IMG/VR virus record: IMGVR_UViG_3300048579_000428
Span: 1-48,676 of that record
Strand: one strand, 5' to 3'
Length of the DNA: 48,676 bases
DNA from: a virus
Taxonomy: Duplodnaviria; Caudoviricetes
Below the pieces are notes generated by a model. It was not told the origin of the DNA, made no database searches, and saw nothing but the letters and a program-made list of their open reading frames with translations. Positions 44,248-48,676 of this stretch are shown piece by piece (positions within the stretch are counted from its first letter, which is position 1; each line of letters opens with the position of its first letter). The position numbers and the translations under genes were made by a program.

Positions 44248-45046
44248 ATATTTCAATTGTTTCGTCAAGGTTTACTGCACCAATAAAGTTGCAGGTGTTA
44301 CTGCTGAGTGCTTTTTCAACGTGCCGATCGATGGATCCTGACCAGTCGATATCTCCTGAAAAATCGTCGATCGGGAGACCTACCCCATCCGCAAGGATCA
44401 GCAGGCGTTTATTCTTCAGTCCTTCATTTACCAGAAGCGTATCACCGTCATTCATCGGTTCACCTGGTGCTCCCACTTTGAACCGGAGTAGCATTGTCAG
44501 CTGGCCAGCGGTTACCAATACGCCACCGATGATGATATCGAAAGCATTGGCATCGTACACCGGTGCAGGAAGCGGATGCTGCCACTTGAAGCTGAGATCC
44601 GTCTTACGGGAATTGGTAACGGTACCAGCATCGTACTTATAAGCCAGGCTGGCACCGGTGTCTTCGTTTCCGATCAGCCGGGTGACTCCACTCCGATCGG
44701 CGACGATCAGGATCCACTGCTGATTGAGCATGGATTGTATGGAAAGAAGATTAGAAGCGTTACTTCCACGTAAGGATCCGTTGACTGATATTTCAAAGAA
44801 TAATCCTGCAGAACTATTTTTCGGCTGCTCATCGAAACCTCGGCCCTGATCAATCAGCTCGGCGTAGTAGAATACACCGCCTTGTTTTAGTACCAGGGCG
44901 GTTCCCATTACACCGGTGGCCGGATTAATTTCTGGCCAGGTGAGCACATCAGACTTCTTACAGAACTTCAGCGTGCAAAAACCACCGGTACGTACTGGGG
45001 CTTTTGCCAATGACATTACCGGCAGGTATGTATTGTGGTATTGCAC
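44234..45046 (-). CDS. Late structural protein with duplicated C-terminal domain
   Basis: N-terminal half loosely resembles the tail-tube-like 33938..34483; C-terminus similar to 23602..24447. Confidence 0.6.
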   Translation of the reverse strand: MQYHNTYLPVMSLAKAPVRTGGFCTLKFCKKSDVLTWPEINPATGVMGTALVLKQGGVFYYAELIDQGRGFDEQPKNSSAGLFFEISVNGSLRGSNASNLLSIQSMLNQQWILIVADRSGVTRLIGNEDTGASLAYKYDAGTVTNSRKTDLSFKWQHPLPAPVYDANAFDIIIGGVLVTAGQLTMLLRFKVGAPGEPMNDGDTLLVNEGLKNKRLLILADGVGLPIDDFSGDIDWSGSIDRHVEKALSSNTCNFIGAVNLDETIEIYAFS

Positions 45047-45050
45047 TTAG

Positions 45051-45089
45051 TAAAAATCGGAGTAAGGAATGGGGCGGGAAAGGACACAC
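45051..45089 (-). promoter_or_regulatory. Putative late promoter copy 5
   Basis: GTGTGTCCTTTCCC-N17-GATTTTTA-N4-GTG. Confidence 0.68.
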
Positions 45090-45180
45090 TATAAGAGGAT
45101 CCGCTGTAGTAACAGGTAGCTTGTGGAATTAATTGATAAACACTACAAGAAAGCGTCGGGACAAATCCGCAACCGATTTA

Positions 45181-45639
45181 TTATCTTTTTTTCCGGTATC
45201 TGAATTCCATTTTTTTTAGTGCATCCAGGCTGATGTCTTCCTCAATGATTATGTTGTGCAGATGGCAGAAAGATTCTATGGCTGCATTATATCCACGGTA
45301 CCGGCCTTCTCTGCTCAGGAAATTGGTAACATAAAAACTGAGCTCCCGGCCAAAGTGCATGGATAGCACTTTATTAATGAAGCCTATGGTAGACATCCGT
45401 GGGTAGATGCCATATACCCGTACGTTTGATTTTGGAATATTGATAGAAATATGACCAGGGAAAGACTTATTGATATCATCGTACCGGTGGCCTGATAGTA
45501 CTTTATACTGCAGGTAAGGACGTATTATATGCCAGACAAAGCTTTGCTCCCTGTTATTGATAGGGAACCCTTCCTGGCTGTGTATGAATTTCTGTAGATG
45601 TTTCTTTACGGGTACTTTTAAAACGTAGTAATCCGCCAT
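45181..45639 (-). CDS. Basic protein, candidate late transcription activator
   Basis: VPVKKHLQKFI ribbon-helix-like start, DISLDALKKMEFRYRK end; directly upstream of the late region. Confidence 0.5.
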   Translation of the reverse strand: MADYYVLKVPVKKHLQKFIHSQEGFPINNREQSFVWHIIRPYLQYKVLSGHRYDDINKSFPGHISINIPKSNVRVYGIYPRMSTIGFINKVLSMHFGRELSFYVTNFLSREGRYRGYNAAIESFCHLHNIIIEEDISLDALKKMEFRYRKKR

Positions 45640-45677
45640 TTAGTTTGGTACCCGAAAATACAAAAAAACGGTGATAA

Positions 45678-46046
45678 TCAGACCGATAGATTCTTATAAA
45701 AATAGATCACCATGATCGTATCCATTGTGGTATTCTTCACTTTCGTCAGTACTTCAATAATAAACTCCTCCCGGCTCATTGCATGACTCATCCAGGTGAA
45801 GCTGGAGGAGATATCCTTCAGCTGGCAGCGGACGGAATCCAGCAGCCTGGCTTCTATCGGTTCATGGGATCCATCAGAAGTCGTTACCAGGAAAACGGTA
45901 TTCTCGGCTACTGACTCCGGGATTCCACCATTGGAGGCGGCAATCTGGATGTGACAAAAGAAGGGGCAGGACATTTTCCGGTTTTGGTTTTTAGCCAGGA
46001 TAAGTTCCTTTTTGGCGGTTTCGGTGGCTGAATTTTGTGTCGTCAT
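45678..46046 (-). CDS. Hypothetical protein
   Basis: Likely start MTTQNS at 46046. Confidence 0.55.
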   Translation of the reverse strand: MTTQNSATETAKKELILAKNQNRKMSCPFFCHIQIAASNGGIPESVAENTVFLVTTSDGSHEPIEARLLDSVRCQLKDISSSFTWMSHAMSREEFIIEVLTKVKNTTMDTIMVIYFYKNLSV

Positions 46047-46093
46047 GTGTATTTTTTGCTGTAAAAAAATTTCTGCTGACTTGGCCGTTTTAC

Positions 46094-46456
46094 TGTTACA
46101 TTTTTGTAACAACCTTCATTATTAAATGAATTTCAACAAGTTGTCCGTGTAACAGTTGGCATGTAACAGTTTGTAACAGTTTGTAACAGACTTGTAACTG
46201 ATTGTAACAAAGTGGCCCTTTATCGGGGTTGCTGTTACACACTGTTACATTTATAAGTATTATGATTATCAGTATAGATAGGTGGTTAGGTAGTTGTTTT
46301 GTAACAGTTGTAACAGTAAAAAGAGTTAATAAAAAAAATGCCTGTACAGGTCTGCAAATAACCAACAGACCCAAATTTTCGACCGGATTGCTACTACTAC
46401 CCCTGCTGCTACTGTAACAGCGGCGGGAGAAGTCGTTGAAAATTAATGATGTAACA
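46094..46456. repeat. TGTAACA/TGTTACA iteron array, putative replication origin
   Basis: 13 exact heptamers plus one variant in 363 bp, several at ~10-bp period, around an AT-rich tract. Confidence 0.75.
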
Positions 46457-46472
46457 GGCGTTAAATGGGGCA

Positions 46473-47066
46473 TTATTGGTAAAATTTGAGGGCTTTATTG
46501 TAAGCATCCTGCAGTTCCTGGAATAATTGGGTAGTGCCGCCGGCATCCGGATGGCGTTTTTTTGCCTGGGCTTTATAAGCAGCGTGGACATGATCTACAG
46601 ATTCAGGTTTTACGGCTAGTCCAAGTACGTCCCAGATATTAGCCTGAACAATTGGGCTACTTTCAGGCAGCGCCGTAAACCCGGTAAAGGCTCGATCCAT
46701 GAACTCAGAGACACCCCAGCGATCCATGCCCCGGAGTGCTTCAATGCCTTTGCCCAGGGCATATATGTTTTCCCATACGGTAGGGAACTGATCGCAACAC
46801 ATAGCCACGTCTTTGCCTTTATAGCGGAAGTATATGGCCACTCCTGGATCATCGATCTTACGCTTCATGTAATCGGCGTAAAGACCGCCATCCTGGCGAA
46901 CAGGAAGATTGGTGGAGACAATTAGGTCTCTGGCGGCCAGCCTGGCTATTTCTGATCTCAGGAATCGCTGGGCCTGATCCATTGTTTGTTTAAACCGAGA
47001 CGGGTATCTGGTGCCGGTATGTCTTTTGTAACCGGTAGGCCAACATAGAGGGTAAGCTTCTTTCAT
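46473..47066 (-). CDS. Phage J-domain (DnaJ-like) protein
   Basis: YPLCWP, DPGVAIYF, AFTGFTALP then C-terminal J domain with HPD (KRHPDAGG). Confidence 0.85.
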   Translation of the reverse strand: MKEAYPLCWPTGYKRHTGTRYPSRFKQTMDQAQRFLRSEIARLAARDLIVSTNLPVRQDGGLYADYMKRKIDDPGVAIYFRYKGKDVAMCCDQFPTVWENIYALGKGIEALRGMDRWGVSEFMDRAFTGFTALPESSPIVQANIWDVLGLAVKPESVDHVHAAYKAQAKKRHPDAGGTTQLFQELQDAYNKALKFYQ

Positions 47067-47153
47067 TTAACTGGCTTTAAGTAGTGTGTAAAGGCTGGCC
47101 AGCTGCCGCAGATCGAACATGAAGTGGTTCGAAAAGTGTCCCATGGGGATCAC
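47067..47153 (-). other. Separated native 3' end of the integrase gene
   Basis: From the att core reads VIPMGHFSNHFMFDLRQLASLYTLLKAS-TAA, in the integrase frame, with TAA abutting the next ATG. Confidence 0.8.
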
Positions 47154-47155
47154 AA
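47138..47155 (+). repeat. attR (core GGGATCAC at 47146-47153)
   Basis: GTCCCATGGGGATCAC vs attL GTCCCAGCGGGATCAC; followed by a terminator. Confidence 0.75.
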
Positions 47156-47162
47156 AAACTAC

Positions 47163-47191
47163 ACCGGTGGATTATTCCACCGGTTTTTTTT
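47163..47191 (+). terminator. Intrinsic terminator
   Basis: ACCGGTGGA-TTAT-TCCACCGGT followed by T tract. Confidence 0.75.
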
Positions 47192-47244
47192 ATGCCCCAG
47201 TCACCCTACGCTGGGACGAGAAGTTTATACCGACGAAGGAGGTA

Positions 47245-47261
47245 AGTCCCAGCGGGATCAC
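47245..47261 (+). repeat. Second copy of tRNA-Lys 3' end (17-bp exact repeat; alternative attR)
   Basis: AGTCCCAGCGGGATCAC identical to 47-63. Confidence 0.8.
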
Positions 47262-47262
47262 A

Positions 47263-47297
47263 ACCAAAAAAGCCAGGCAATGCCTGGCTTTTTTGGT
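47263..47297. terminator. Bidirectional intrinsic terminator
   Basis: ACCAAAAAAGCCAGGCA / TGCCTGGCTTTTTTGGT inverted repeat. Confidence 0.8.
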
Positions 47298-47620
47298 AAA
47301 TAACAAGATCCGAAGAAACAAGAAGCCAAATAAGCATCAAATGGCAAATTCCAATCCTTTCTAAGAAGGATTGACGGAATATTGTTTCATATGGTAAAAC
47401 TGCTGATCACTTCGTTACTCATATCGTCTATTCAAAAGAATTCTGTAACAAGTACTACAATTTCAAACCCTTCCCTTCAAAGGACGAACTACTAACTACG
47501 AACTACAAACTCTTTTACGTCCGCTTCAGCTCCCAAATTGCCCTCACCATCCCCATTAACATTTTCTTACAGACATCCGGTTGCAGATTGCAGTCACAAA
47601 CAAAATAACCCTGTAAAAAA

Positions 47621-48676
47621 ATGAATAGGCAAATGAAGACTACACTGCAGTTACCCCGATCCGGATGGAATACTTCCTTACTACTCGGAGCCCTTTTGCT
47701 CCTGGGATTTTCCTCCTGTGAAAAAGATACATCCAGCAGCACCGACCTGGTGGGCAACTGGGTAAGGCGCTCCGAGTTTGAAGGCGTGGGCCGGACTGAA
47801 GCAGTCAGCTTTACCATCGGCACAAAAGTATATGTAGGTGGCGGATATGACGGCACTGACCGGCTGAATGATTTCTGGGCCTTTGAACAAGCAACCGGCA
47901 CCTGGCTGAAGATCGCCGATTTTCCCGGCACCGCCCGGAACTCCGCGGTGGCATTTGCAGCCAATGGAAAAGGTTATGTGGGAACCGGCTATGACGAAAA
48001 CGATAATAAACTGAAAGATTTCTGGGAATATAATCCGGCCACGAATACCTGGACACGTATCGCTGATTTTGGCGGTACGGCCCGTTATAACGCCGTGGCA
48101 TTTACCATCGATAATAAAGGCTATGTAGGCACCGGCTATGACGGCAACTATTTAAAGGATATGTGGAAATATGACCCAACGGCCAACACCTGGACACAGG
48201 TGGCGAGCCTGACCGGCTCAAAACGCAGTGAAGCCGTTGCCTTTGTCTATAACAGCAAGGCTTATATCGTAACCGGACTGAACAACGGATCCTACCTGAA
48301 TGATTTCTGGTCCTATGATGCGGGCACCAACAGCTGGACAGAACTGCGCAAGATCAATGATGTATCGGATGAAAGTTATGATGATGACTATGATGACAAT
48401 ATCAAACGCAGCAACGCGACCGTGTTCATCATGGGGAACAAAGCCTACCTCAGCAGTGGCAGCCGCAGTGGTATCATCGCCACTACCTGGGAATATGATA
48501 TCTCCAATGATACCTGGGCTGAAAAAACCGGGTTTGAAGGAACGGCCCGGGAAGGATTGCTTTCTTTCACCCTGGATAACCGTGGTTATATCGTTACGGG
48601 CAACAACAGCAGTTATCGCTTTGATGATCTCTGGGAATTTTATCCTGCAGATGAACAGGATGATGACGACAATTGA
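47621..48676 (+). CDS. Host Kelch-repeat beta-propeller lipoprotein
   Basis: Lipobox FSS-C; six repeats of R..AVAF...KGYVGTG...DFWEY.P..N.W. Confidence 0.92.
   Translation: MNRQMKTTLQLPRSGWNTSLLLGALLLLGFSSCEKDTSSSTDLVGNWVRRSEFEGVGRTEAVSFTIGTKVYVGGGYDGTDRLNDFWAFEQATGTWLKIADFPGTARNSAVAFAANGKGYVGTGYDENDNKLKDFWEYNPATNTWTRIADFGGTARYNAVAFTIDNKGYVGTGYDGNYLKDMWKYDPTANTWTQVASLTGSKRSEAVAFVYNSKAYIVTGLNNGSYLNDFWSYDAGTNSWTELRKINDVSDESYDDDYDDNIKRSNATVFIMGNKAYLSSGSRSGIIATTWEYDISNDTWAEKTGFEGTAREGLLSFTLDNRGYIVTGNNSSYRFDDLWEFYPADEQDDDDN

Larger units (their letters stand above)
56..47153. mobile_element. Temperate siphovirus-like prophage, apparently complete, carrying a DGR
   Basis: Integrase at a tRNA end, tRNA-3'-end repeats at the far side, and switch, replication, terminase, portal, capsid, tape measure and lysis genes in between. 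Confidence 0.93.

Noticed and set aside
46096-46473. 125-aa ORF or CRISPR array over the repeat region
   Set aside because: Translation simply reflects the heptamer repeats; repeats are 7 bp without unique spacers and no cas genes are present
47245-47261. 17-bp exact repeat as the primary attR
   Set aside because: Recombination at 47146-47153 restores an integrase tail coupled to the next gene and leaves the tRNA followed by a terminator; kept only as an alternative
47480-47512. ACGAACTAC short repeats upstream of the Kelch gene
   Set aside because: Possibly a host regulator site, but too short and degenerate to support a call

Overview
Almost the whole window (about 56-47153) is an apparently complete ~47 kb siphovirus-like prophage. 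The host is probably a Bacteroidota (Chitinophagaceae-like, inferred from gene and promoter style). It is integrated by a large serine recombinase into the 3' end of tRNA-Lys(TTT), and a host Kelch-repeat lipoprotein gene follows on the right. Nearly all phage genes are on the minus strand. The early arm carries a Cro/CI-like switch, two tRNAs, a primase-helicase, a minimal PolX and a complete diversity-generating retroelement (DGR). The DGR has an RT, a 75-nt TR and two tandem small non-tail target genes with adenine-specific VRs. It has no Avd, but a 99-aa gene is coupled to the RT. Elsewhere are an ArdC-like/RadC module, packaging, tail, head and lysis genes, and an iteron-rich putative origin. 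Patterns read directly from the DNA: (1) integration swaps the integrase C-terminus; (2) five copies of a fixed-spacing late-promoter motif, three apparently leaderless; (3) a palindromic operator shared by the ArdC/RadC operon and a distant small gene; (4) a duplicated ~85-aa domain in late proteins; (5) several late proteins with signal peptides; (6) several candidate structured RNAs. All product calls come from motif recognition by eye; no database search was run.
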